Positions 1-9,482 are shown, counted from the first letter of the whole stretch. The stretch: 59,689 nt of DNA, filler included, from 6 parts of 6 records of this genome joined end to end with filler, not necessarily neighbours in it; one strand, 5' to 3'. Notes: generated from the letters alone by a model not told the origin. Made by a program: numbers and translations.

Positions 1-92
1 CTCGCAATGACAACATTTTCAATAAATTAACGCCTTAATTAATCATTCAATTTCTAACAACAGTCTTCGACCAACGTGGAGAAGCCTATTTT

Positions 93-1184
93 TTACTGAA
101 CAACTATCTCTTCTGAGGCTTCCGATTTTGGTGATGGGAGTGTTGGGGCTGAATCTTCGACTGGGACAAATTCCTGCAATTTATTGTCTACTTTTCCAAG
201 CCTCTTATCAGCGTCGTCGTACGACTTTCTTGCGTTCTCCAGGTGAGTTCCAAGTTTCGAGTAGACTTTCTGAAAACCTGTGAAATCTTTTTGAATTCGT
301 CCCATCTTAGCGAGAACAGCTTCTGTATGTTTTTCGAGCTGCAGGCCTTTAAGCCCGACAATGATTGTCATTAAATATGCATAGAGGGTGTTCGGGGAGA
401 CGGGTATAACTTTATGTTTCAAGGCATAGTTTAGAAGCTCACGAGCTTCACCGCCAATATCATCCTTGACCGCAACTTCATAATAAATATTTTCTGCAGG
501 GACATACATTAAAGCAAAGTCATAGGTGTTCTCATCTACCCTAATATACTTTGAAACAGCCTGAATATGTTTTTTGATATCATTAATAAACTGACGTCTT
601 ACATTTTTGGGTATTTCATCTTCGTCGGAGTCGACCATTTTTTGAAAATTTTCCAATGGGAACTTGGAATCAATCGGAACAACCTTATCACCCAGATAAA
701 TTACAGCATCAACGAGTTCACCATTCTTAAATTTATATTGGATATCAAAATGCTCTTTTGGAAGAATCTGTGACAAGAGATCGCCCAAAAAAAGTTCACC
801 GAAACCACCGCGTAGTTTAGGAGCCTTGAGGATTGACTGCAAATCATCGATCGATCTTGCAACTGACGACATTTTTCCAAGCTCCTTTTTAACTTCACCT
901 ATTACATTTGCGGCTTTATCCATTCGGTCGTTCAGGTGAGTATTTGTTTTATTCAAAACATCAGTCTGATGGCGCATATGCTCACCAAACTGATCTTGCA
1001 AGTGACGAAGATCTTTTCTTAAAGATTCTGACGTTCCTTCCAAGCCCTTTTGAACAGCGTCTCTGAAAGTCATCATCTCAGAATTCTGTTCTTCTTTTTT
1101 CTTGGTACTTTGAGTGAAGAGATAAAAACCAACACCGAGGATTGACAACAAAACCAATGCATTAATAATAATTAGAGTAGTCAT
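93..1184 (-). CDS. rmuC: DNA recombination protein RmuC
   Basis: N-terminal TM anchor and coiled coil, then RmuC motifs LRGGFGELFL, DAVIYL..VPIDSKFP, DFALMYVPAENIY and IPVSPNTL. Confidence 0.92.
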   Translation of the reverse strand: MTTLIIINALVLLSILGVGFYLFTQSTKKKEEQNSEMMTFRDAVQKGLEGTSESLRKDLRHLQDQFGEHMRHQTDVLNKTNTHLNDRMDKAANVIGEVKKELGKMSSVARSIDDLQSILKAPKLRGGFGELFLGDLLSQILPKEHFDIQYKFKNGELVDAVIYLGDKVVPIDSKFPLENFQKMVDSDEDEIPKNVRRQFINDIKKHIQAVSKYIRVDENTYDFALMYVPAENIYYEVAVKDDIGGEARELLNYALKHKVIPVSPNTLYAYLMTIIVGLKGLQLEKHTEAVLAKMGRIQKDFTGFQKVYSKLGTHLENARKSYDDADKRLGKVDNKLQEFVPVEDSAPTLPSPKSEASEEIVVQ

Positions 1185-1216
1185 AAAAAAGGCTATAACT
1201 GAACGTTATAGCCTTT
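1185..1216 (-). terminator. Rho-independent terminator of the upstream three-gene operon, abutting the rmuC start codon
   Basis: Inverted repeat AAAGGCTATAAC (1188-1199) / GTTATAGCCTTT (1205-1216). On the minus strand the stem is followed by T6 (1185-1190) and then directly by ATG. Confidence 0.75.
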
Positions 1217-1242
1217 GCAACTTATAAATATCTTGAATTTTT

Positions 1243-2790
1243 CTATGCCGTCTCTGTTCTCTTTTGCAGTATTCTAACAAGATCAGCTTTAGCTGTTGCC
1301 AGCGTAAACGAAGGTTTTAAATACTGAGCAAACGCAGGAACAGTATCATCACTTAATGTCTGACCTCTGGTTATTGTCTCCCAATGCTCTCCCAAAGCGT
1401 CTACATATTCAGTCTCAGCCTTAGCAATCAATTCATTCATTTCAGCAGCCCCATCAACACCATCGTACGCAACCAATGCTGTAAAATCTTCAGGTTTCAA
1501 TAGACCTGAATCAAAGAGATGTTTATTCTGTTGAATGAGCGCAGAAACGACACTTCCTTCTACTGCAGTAACAGAATCAGGGGTCCCCATTCCTCTTGCG
1601 ACAGCCTTTTCAATTGCAGATTTAAAGGCTTGCTTTGTAAAATCGCTACGCTTCTTATAACTAAATACCGTACCTGCAATGACTATTTCAGTCCTGTTTT
1701 TTGAATTACCTATTAACGCCTTGATATCCTGAAAAATTGGTAACGTTTCAACTTGAGCTGATGTTGGCACAGTTACACCCTTTTTGTACATCAAAACAAA
1801 TCTTCTAGTTTTACCAATCATCTTTAAAGATATTTGTGGTTTATCAATGGCTGAACCATCACCGTTATATCTAGCAACAAACTGATCAACTACAGTTGGA
1901 GCGTTTGCATCAAGTTGAGCTGAGGATTCTAATCTTACTAATGTCCCTTGCAAAGCATCTTCAAGGTTTGGCTTGGTCAGTGACGGGTGATTTGGAATTA
2001 CTCGTCCAAAAGGACCCGACTTAATAGAAATATCGCTTGGGACAGCCTTTATTAGTGTTAACAATTCATCAATAATTGGAGCATTAGATTTCTTTTTGAA
2101 GGCGCTATGAACTCTGCGCATATAAGCTCGTTGTTTAGGACTTGTTGAAACATCACCTTCTGGGACTATTACTATTTCCCCATTATCAACCTTAATGTCT
2201 GCAATTCCTATTCTTTTAAGCTTTGCTTTGTTTGCAGATGCAAAATCTAACAACGCCTTAACCTTTGGTCGCTCTGCCGTTGTTTTCTTTGGTTCTGCTG
2301 CTGAAGATTCTTCAACATCATCTACATCACCCGCACTACTTGCTGAACTTGATCCACTGGTTCCACCAGAACCTTCGGTCTTACTACCACTACTTCCATC
2401 ACCGCCACCACCGGTTCTCTTAGCATAGAAATCTGGATCATAACTACGGCCACCGTAACCACCATTATTATAACCAAAAGGATTATAACCACAATAACAC
2501 ATAGCCCCTGGACCAAAGCCCCAAGAAACACCTGCACCATTCCCGAAGCTTACACTTCCACAAAAGTAAGCAGGATAAGGCCTTGGAGGACAATAATAAT
2601 GGCCAAATGAAGGATAATTATATCCAGCATAACGACCACCAAAACCGCCTACATGAGGACCGCCTTGACCACCGCCAAGCCAATTGGCAATATTTTGCAT
2701 ATCTGGATTATATCCGCGATTTATCTGCGCACGTAATCCCGCAAAATAATTAGCTCCCGCCATATGTCCTGAATATACATTATAATACAT
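1243..2790 (-). CDS. Hypothetical protein (515 aa): N-terminal G/Y/N-rich low-complexity domain, GS-rich linker, unrecognised charged C-terminal region
   Basis: Long ORF; SD-like GGGTAGG upstream; 14 nt from the preceding gene; no signal peptide or TM helix seen. Confidence 0.8.
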   Translation of the reverse strand: MYYNVYSGHMAGANYFAGLRAQINRGYNPDMQNIANWLGGGQGGPHVGGFGGRYAGYNYPSFGHYYCPPRPYPAYFCGSVSFGNGAGVSWGFGPGAMCYCGYNPFGYNNGGYGGRSYDPDFYAKRTGGGGDGSSGSKTEGSGGTSGSSSASSAGDVDDVEESSAAEPKKTTAERPKVKALLDFASANKAKLKRIGIADIKVDNGEIVIVPEGDVSTSPKQRAYMRRVHSAFKKKSNAPIIDELLTLIKAVPSDISIKSGPFGRVIPNHPSLTKPNLEDALQGTLVRLESSAQLDANAPTVVDQFVARYNGDGSAIDKPQISLKMIGKTRRFVLMYKKGVTVPTSAQVETLPIFQDIKALIGNSKNRTEIVIAGTVFSYKKRSDFTKQAFKSAIEKAVARGMGTPDSVTAVEGSVVSALIQQNKHLFDSGLLKPEDFTALVAYDGVDGAAEMNELIAKAETEYVDALGEHWETITRGQTLSDDTVPAFAQYLKPSFTLATAKADLVRILQKRTETA

Positions 2791-2804
2791 AACAACCTAC
2801 CCCG

Positions 2805-4421
2805 TTATTTAAACTCTACAGTTACTCCATCTCCACTTACCAACTGTTGGATATGAGCCTTAATTTCAGCTTCTATCGTAGCAACATCTTTACTAAAGGA
2901 TGGATCAGCACCCTTCATAAACGCAATATAATCACCAATCTTTGATGTACTAATGGTTACAACTAATTTCTTTGTCACTGGATTAAACTTATATCTAAAA
3001 ACTTTATTATTTTGATATCTCCTTAGAGCCCCAGACATATTCTGGCTAATCTTACGCTTTAAAGCTCTTTGAACCGGTGTCAACCTCGGCCCACTACCTC
3101 CACCAGCTGTACCACCAGCAGGAGTTTCACCTCGCAACCTTGCCATCATCTTACCGAGATCTTCACCTGCAGCCTTGTATGCTTCTTGAACTTGCGTTTG
3201 GATCTTTTTATCATCTTTTTTAACAAGTTTAATATTTTTCAAATACCACGATCCTATCCTTACGGCTCTCGTGACTGAGTCATCACTTTCTTTTGGATCA
3301 GTTATCTCTTCTATGACTCTTCGTTGTTCAATTGGAGATATTCCTTGCATAGCTTTTAGTATTTCGGCAGCTTCACCTGGCTCTGTATATCCTTTTTCTT
3401 CTATGTCTGCTGTAGAAAGCGGTTTTAAGGTCGCTGGTGATTGAGCTTTCACATGCGCCAATGTTCTCTGGAAGAGTGTATTAATGACTCTTTCATAATC
3501 AGCACCGAGTCTATCTTTGAGCTGTCTGACAAACTTCTTAAAGACATCTCCAGGTTTTTGCTCTGGGTTGTAATCTCCAAGTTTTTGGAAAATCTTCTGC
3601 CAGACATCACCCATGTCGTCGCCATCTTCAGCACCTGGTGATAGTATAGCCAACAACTTTTGTTCTGTAGTAATATCACTGCCCCACTCTTCAACTTGCG
3701 CAATGAAACGGGAATAATTTTCTTCTTTATTTTCACCCTCTTTAACCCAAGAATGAATATAGCCAACCAGATCTTTCAAGCTCTGTTCACGTCTTCTAAG
3801 ATCGACATCTTTCGAAAGAGCTTTTCTCCATGCAGCCTTCGATTCTTTACTATAAGGAAGCATCTCTTTGTCTGGATCATTATCATTTGTAATAACCTGC
3901 TCAAAATAATCCTTAGCTCTCTGAGTTATATCTTCGGGGACATCTCCAGTTCCTGTATCACCATCCCCAGCAGCACCAGAACCGGATAAACCTCTAGCAG
4001 CCTTATATTGTTCATAAGCTGCCTGATCAGCTTCGATATAATTACTTGTCCAAGCAGCTTGCGCATATGGATCTGAACCGTAATAACCACCTGATGCCAA
4101 ACGACCCACACCTTGAGCTGCACCTTGGACCGCTCTCCAACCAAAAATTCCGCCGTGTCCATAGTTTCTTTGAATCATTGTTCCCATAGGTGAACAAGCT
4201 CCTGGAGGAAAACAACCAAAGGCACCCATTGTTGCACCTTGACCATAGTTTCTAGCAAAACCACCATAGGATGGCCTTGAACCGAACATCCAATTTAAGC
4301 CACCAAGCGCAAAATCGCCCTGGGAATTGATACCCATCTGAGCATCAAAACTAAAACGAGGCATTCTCATCCCAACATTAAAGGGCTGAAAATTGCTATT
4401 TGGTGAACCTAATTGAAACAT
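2805..4421 (-). CDS. Hypothetical protein (538 aa): N-terminal G/F/Y/Q/M-rich low-complexity domain, acidic G-rich linker, helical charged C-terminal region
   Basis: Long ORF with AGGAG SD; 25 nt from the preceding gene; no recognisable family motif. Confidence 0.8.
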   Translation of the reverse strand: MFQLGSPNSNFQPFNVGMRMPRFSFDAQMGINSQGDFALGGLNWMFGSRPSYGGFARNYGQGATMGAFGCFPPGACSPMGTMIQRNYGHGGIFGWRAVQGAAQGVGRLASGGYYGSDPYAQAAWTSNYIEADQAAYEQYKAARGLSGSGAAGDGDTGTGDVPEDITQRAKDYFEQVITNDNDPDKEMLPYSKESKAAWRKALSKDVDLRRREQSLKDLVGYIHSWVKEGENKEENYSRFIAQVEEWGSDITTEQKLLAILSPGAEDGDDMGDVWQKIFQKLGDYNPEQKPGDVFKKFVRQLKDRLGADYERVINTLFQRTLAHVKAQSPATLKPLSTADIEEKGYTEPGEAAEILKAMQGISPIEQRRVIEEITDPKESDDSVTRAVRIGSWYLKNIKLVKKDDKKIQTQVQEAYKAAGEDLGKMMARLRGETPAGGTAGGGSGPRLTPVQRALKRKISQNMSGALRRYQNNKVFRYKFNPVTKKLVVTISTSKIGDYIAFMKGADPSFSKDVATIEAEIKAHIQQLVSGDGVTVEFK

Positions 4422-4446
4422 CTACATTCTTCTCCTAAAGACCTAT

Positions 4447-5688
4447 TTAGCAAGGTCTACCAATTCCTCTCGGATCTTCTTTTGCTGTTAAACCTGTAGT
4501 AATCTGATCGACTAATTTTCTACCAAGAGCTACTTGAGCTTCTGTCTCTTCAATAAAACCAGGTTCTATCCTCTTACTTAGAGGCTGTGCTCCTGCAACA
4601 TCCCAATTTCCATAGTCGACATCTTCTTTAACAGGTTTAAAAATCACTTTTTCAGCGACCTTTGCTTCGTGTCTTACTCTTTCACTTTCACTAAAATGAG
4701 TAATGTTAGTAAAAGTTGTTGCACCTAATGGATTCTCTTCAATCGGTGTATACTCAACTGTTGGAGTATGAATCTCTGGAGAATCTCCAGGATACATATC
4801 GAAAGGTGACTGCCCACCAAGCAGACTATGAAGATCACCCGCTGCTCTCTGTTCTGCCTCACCTGTATATGCAAATCTTGGAGTAGCAGCCCTCTTCATT
4901 CCTTTTTTATCGTCTTTTTTCTCTAACTTACCTGTCTTCGCATCTTGCTTAACCTTACCACCAGCAACCTTTGCAGCTTCCATTCCAGCGTGAACTGCAC
5001 CTGACTGAGCTGCCAATGTTTCACCAGCTTTTGCTCCTGGCATTGCACCCTTTTTAAGTCCAGCCTGCTCCAAGCCCTTTTTAACTTCTGTTCCTTTTGG
5101 CGCTTGCTTTTGACCCTTTTTGGCAATCGGTTTTTTCTGTTCAGCTGCCTTCTTTGGAGTCTCCGCACCCTTTTTCTGAGGAACAACACCTTTCCTTCCA
5201 TCAGCGACATGAGCTGTTGTACTTCTTGGAACTTCACCCTTCTTACCTTCAGGTCTAAAAGCCTTTCCAGCTTCTGCCTTTGGATCAGCCTTTTTACCAT
5301 CTTCAGCCTTAGGCTGAATTTGAGGCTGCTTTAAAATTGTTTTTTGAAATTCTGTATGAGCTTTACTTGTAGTACTAAAAGCTGAATGCTGACCGTCTTC
5401 AATACCGCGCCTTACAGCTTCGCCTGTATCAGGTTTCTTTCCTTCAAAAGCTTTTGAAGCTTCACCTTTTAACTGACCCCTATCAACTTTTCCTTCAGGA
5501 ACTTTCTGACCACTCTTTGTCAATCCAGAGGAGAATTGGGGTTTCTTGCCTGTCAATTTCTGCTCAAACTGCTGCATTGTCTCCTGGTGATTCTGCTCAT
5601 GACTCTTCTGATAATCTTTATGGAGCTTAGCTGAAGCCTGCCCCTCTGGATTTATTTTCTTTTTATATCTATTATCAATTGTAGACAT
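4447..5688 (-). CDS. Hypothetical K/Q/A/G-rich, probably disordered protein (413 aa), first gene of the operon
   Basis: Long ORF with GAAGGGAG SD just upstream of the ATG; low-complexity composition. Confidence 0.8.
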   Translation of the reverse strand: MSTIDNRYKKKINPEGQASAKLHKDYQKSHEQNHQETMQQFEQKLTGKKPQFSSGLTKSGQKVPEGKVDRGQLKGEASKAFEGKKPDTGEAVRRGIEDGQHSAFSTTSKAHTEFQKTILKQPQIQPKAEDGKKADPKAEAGKAFRPEGKKGEVPRSTTAHVADGRKGVVPQKKGAETPKKAAEQKKPIAKKGQKQAPKGTEVKKGLEQAGLKKGAMPGAKAGETLAAQSGAVHAGMEAAKVAGGKVKQDAKTGKLEKKDDKKGMKRAATPRFAYTGEAEQRAAGDLHSLLGGQSPFDMYPGDSPEIHTPTVEYTPIEENPLGATTFTNITHFSESERVRHEAKVAEKVIFKPVKEDVDYGNWDVAGAQPLSKRIEPGFIEETEAQVALGRKLVDQITTGLTAKEDPRGIGRPC

Positions 5689-5803
5689 ATATCTCCCTTC
5701 AACAATGTCTAAAAAACTCTAAGTTTTCTGTCTATCTACATGTTTTTACTGCATAATTATCAAAACACAGTCATAGATAGACCATTCCTTCATACTCTCA
5801 ATT

Positions 5804-5819
5804 AGCAACATCCATACCA
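5804..5819 (-). promoter_or_regulatory. Sigma54 (-24/-12) promoter
   Basis: Minus strand reads TGGTATGGATGTTGCT: exact GG-N10-GC spacing and a close match to TGGCACGNNNNTTGCW, about 115 nt upstream of the 5688 start. Confidence 0.75.
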
Positions 5820-6021
5820 AAGAGGTTTTAGTGAGCAATAAAGTCTCCAATTATATCTATTTGAATTTATTAGGTTTTATTAAAGTGAATACAGAAAAGG
5901 TTGCGGCGCATAAAAACTAACGGCTTATCAGTGGGGGGTAGAGTCCACAGTTCTTTATCTATTTGGTAAGACAATTTTAAATTCATCTATTTTATATTTA
6001 TCGTAAGGCGCCTTGTTAATT

Positions 6022-6121
6022 NNNNNNNNNNNNNNNNNNNNNNNNNNNNNNNNNNNNNNNNNNNNTTAATTAATTAANNNNNNNNNNNNNNNNNNNNNNN
6101 NNNNNNNNNNNNNNNNNNNNN
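6022..6121. other. Artificial contig linker
   Basis: 100-nt N run with central TTAATTAATTAA (stops in all six frames). Confidence 0.99.
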
Positions 6122-6292
6122 CCTGTCAATCATCGATTTTGTCAAAGAAGAACATACAACCTAATTTTTGAAGTATTCGAAATTAACCTTGCCCCTCTTA
6201 AAGTGGACAAAAAAGTAAAATTGTTGCAGGATAAATAATATATCCTGAATTCATAAAATAGTATCCTTGTTGGAAATAAATTTCTTTTTTAC

Positions 6293-6400
6293 GTCCAGTA
6301 TGGACATACTGAACCATCATGATCGCCCAGGGATTCCCTTCCCTGGGCGCAAAATGAAAAGGGGCATATGCCCCTCACGTACATCGAATCAAAGTATGTC
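6293..6400. repeat. Dense palindromic element (REP-like or structured RNA)
   Basis: GACATACT (6303-6310) pairs with AGTATGTC (6393-6400), enclosing the hairpin CGCCCAGGGA...TCCCTGGGCG and the palindrome AGGGGCATATGCCCCT. Confidence 0.5.
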
Positions 6401-6441
6401 TAAAATAAAATTTTCAGGTCGCCAATTAAAAGGTTATATCC

Positions 6442-6876
6442 TCACTTTTTATCACTAATCATATAAATAATCGCCTCACCCTCCACACACACCGTCCCAT
6501 CCTGTTTGACACACATAATTTTCAGAGTAACGACAGGCTTGTCCTCGCGTAATGTGACCACCTCGGCACTGGCGGTAATGGTATCGCCAATAAACACCGG
6601 TGCTTTCATATCAAAATTATAATTCAATGAAACGCCACCCGGAGTAGTTAATTCACTGGTACAATGCTGCACCATGGAAGCAGTTAAAAATCCGTGCGCA
6701 ATGCGTTTCCCCATCGAGGTCGATTTGGCATATTCTTCATCCACGTGAATACGGTTAAAATCACCAGTGATGCCGGCAAAAAGATAGACATCGCTTTCAC
6801 TCATGGTTTTTATAAAAACACTCTTTTGGCCAATATGTAAATCCGACATGTGTTTTTCTTTGATTGTTTCTGACAT
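6442..6876 (-). CDS. MaoC/PhaJ-family (R)-specific enoyl-CoA hydratase-like dehydratase
   Basis: Hydratase motif FAGITGDFNRIHVDEEYA...RIAHG and APVFIGDTITA. Confidence 0.9.
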   Translation of the reverse strand: MSETIKEKHMSDLHIGQKSVFIKTMSESDVYLFAGITGDFNRIHVDEEYAKSTSMGKRIAHGFLTASMVQHCTSELTTPGGVSLNYNFDMKAPVFIGDTITASAEVVTLREDKPVVTLKIMCVKQDGTVCVEGEAIIYMISDKK

Positions 6877-7031
6877 GATACAGCTCCATTTTTTTCATAC
6901 ATAATTCAACAATTTCATAACTAAAATAACTATTCTGGAACTAAATATCTACTTAATTTAGTTAGATAATCAATAATGAATCTTTCTCACATATTTATTT
7001 TAATTGGGTGAAACCGATTGGGAAAGTCAAT

Positions 7032-7274
7032 ATGAAAAGTTTACCTATAAGACTTTTATTAGACCGGGTCAAAGAATATACAAAAAATATAAATCAGAGT
7101 TTTTCATCTCTGGTTGAAAAGTATTTCTCTTTTCTTAAAAGTTCTGATCCTGTTGATATGGATAGTATTTCACCGAATATAAAAGAGCTGATAGGAATTA
7201 TAGATTCTGTTGAAGAAAAGAATCCGGATGATTTAAGGGACAGATATCTCATGGAGAAATATTTCAATAAATAA
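7032..7274 (+). CDS. DUF6364-like small protein (putative antitoxin)
   Basis: KEY...SFSSLVEKYF...ISPNIKELIGII...YLMEKY matches my recollection of this family, which usually precedes a PIN toxin. Confidence 0.65.
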   Translation: MKSLPIRLLLDRVKEYTKNINQSFSSLVEKYFSFLKSSDPVDMDSISPNIKELIGIIDSVEEKNPDDLRDRYLMEKYFNK

Positions 7275-7332
7275 TACTTTTATCAATGCAAACCTTATCC
7301 TCAATCTGTTGCTTTAGAAATCCCCACTATTC
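7267..7332 (+). pseudogene. Remnant of a PIN/VapC toxin N-terminus
   Basis: A frame overlapping the antitoxin stop reads INNTFINANLILNLLL*KSPLF, like the PIN beta1-alpha1 pattern (hhDTNhhhDhh) but with D to N changes, ATA in place of ATG, and TAG at 7315. Confidence 0.55.
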
Positions 7333-7420
7333 CTTATTAATCTTTTGTAAATCCTTACAAAAAAAATATAAACCTCACACACAATTTAATACCACTTGTA
7401 ATAATCAGTCAGTAAAACTA

Positions 7421-7768
7421 TCAACCCGCCCTTACAGCATAAATCCCGACAAACAAAATCGTAAGACTGACAAAAAAAGCAACAATCGTGAGAATTAAAG
7501 CCGGCTCGGACGTCCAGATAGCCACTGGCAGGAAAATCTTTGGCCTGAGATTTACGAGATCCAGCTGAAATTTGATGTGAAAAAAAACCGAGGTCATTGC
7601 CAGAATAGAACCGGCCACAATCCAGAATATGCCCTGTTTTTTTAATGAGACATTGACCTGGCTTTGTTTTTGAGATATTATTTTTCGTCGCAGAACATGC
7701 AAAATGACCAGACAAATCAAAAATGCAGCAATCAGTATAACGATTCCGAACAGACTAAAATGATACAT
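7421..7768 (-). CDS. Small hypothetical membrane protein (about 3 TM)
   Basis: Three hydrophobic segments; AGGAGG SD upstream of the ATG. Confidence 0.6.
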   Translation of the reverse strand: MYHFSLFGIVILIAAFLICLVILHVLRRKIISQKQSQVNVSLKKQGIFWIVAGSILAMTSVFFHIKFQLDLVNLRPKIFLPVAIWTSEPALILTIVAFFVSLTILFVGIYAVRAG

Positions 7769-7829
7769 TTTATGTCCTCCTTAAATTATTCCACAATGGG
7801 ATTCAATAATCTCAGCCATTGCAAAGAAA

Positions 7830-9292
7830 CTATCCATTCATTTGTGGTGACTCGCTATTTCTCAGAGTATAAAAATAAAACAGTCTCGCAGCAGAACCTC
7901 CCACATAACCACCCAGGATTGCGTAAATCACATCTTCGATACCAGCTGTTCTTGCAGGTATCCACAGTTGAATCACTTCCAATAGCAATCCAATGACGCC
8001 GCAAACAATACAGGACAACAACAATGAAGGCCATTTTTTTTGCTGTAAAAACGCGTTTAAATCGAAAAATAAAAAATAGACAAGCATACCCACAGGCGCG
8101 TAAACCACGATGGACTCGACGATATTCGCCAACACCATCACGTCCGGATTTCGAAAATGATGCAAAAGCGGTATAAAATGCTCCACAGATAACTTTTCCA
8201 TGCCTGCAAACAAATAGGGTCGCAGATCACTAATTAGAACATACAATAAGAAAATAAACAGGAGCATCATAAGACCTTGTCGCGGCTTTTTTGCTGAAAC
8301 GAATACACCCATAAGAGCAATGGGAATGGCTATCACTCCGACCGCGACATGTGTCAAATCAACACCTCCATGCACAATGCCCAGAGATATCAATTCAGCC
8401 AGGAACACAATTATAAAATAGGGTATTAAGGCTTTTTTAACTCTTTTTTAGACTGACTGGCTGCCAAAAGGCCAAACAACACGGTATATGTCAGTAATCG
8501 TTCGGCCACGCTGCCGAGATAATCAGCCGTATAACTGTCAGACAGAGATTGTTGGTTCGAAGAAGGATATAGCCCAAGCTGTTCCCGAATATCCCTTTCC
8601 CTCGGATCAAAGGGGATTATATTGCTTCGTTTAATATTATCAAAAAGAGTATTGGCGCTGCTGATCACATAAAAAGGACGCGCCGAGTCCCAGCAAATGA
8701 CAAGAGCAAAAAAAGCAGCGGCAACAAGAAGCGGATTACTTTTGATCTCGCGCTCAACCCATCTGTTAAGAAAACCGGAAATAAATGTCACATAAAACCA
8801 CCCTGTTACCAATGCCATAAAAGCACCAATAATACCACTGATCATATCCCAAATGGCAGAACCACGATACAGATTAAAATACTGAACAAATTCAACAGCC
8901 AGTGCCATAGCACAGGTCCCGGTAAATGTAACCAAAAGAACCCGTTTCCATACAGGACGCCGGCGCCAGCTTGCAAGAAATAAAAAATGCCCGAAAATGA
9001 AATAGGGCACAATATTACCAACAACATCAGCTCTGGACAAATCAAAATTTTCCGAGGGAATAATCTTCCAGGAAATAGTTCTTGTAGCCGGGTCAAGGGA
9101 TAGGCCGGAAGGAAGTGTGGCCTGGTAAATCATCAAAATAAAAAATATAACAACCGCAGCCCTGGCTGGATTTTCCACAATCCACTGAAGGATCGTCGGC
9201 AGTGTCGGAACGAACAGTTCCTTGTTATCGCTTTTGGACTGAACAGAGGGTTGATTTTGATCTGTGGATTGGGATTTGCTATTAGCAACCAT
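7830..9292 (-). CDS. Multi-TM protein with two VanZ-like domains, split by a frameshift near 8433-8449
   Basis: VanZ-like motifs DVVGNIVPY..FG / VEFVQYFNLYRGSAIWDMISGIIGA and LEVIQLWIPARTAGIEDVIYAILGG. One extra A in an A6 run joins ORFs 8426-9415 and 7830-8408 (SKKRVKKALIPYFIIVFL). Likely start at 9292. Confidence 0.75.
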
Positions 9293-9482
9293 ACTTCTTT
9301 TCCCTTTCAGTTTTTTCAAATTACGTTTACTGAAAATCCCGCAAGGTGATAATGACTTGTTTTCAGACGAGCCCATCCTCTTAGAGAAATACCAGACACC
9401 GACACATTTTTCCATATCCTGGCTATCACTGCTTTACAACTGGAACACAACAAATAACACCCAAACATTACCCCCAAAATAA

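Noticed and set aside
1243-4421. RiPP precursors or T3SS translocators
   Set aside because: The proteins exceed 500 aa, no modifying enzymes are on the contig, and the hydrophobic TM segments expected of translocators are absent.
6303-6400. Hammerhead ribozyme
   Set aside because: Three stems are present, but CUGANGA and GAAA are not positioned next to the stems as the core requires.
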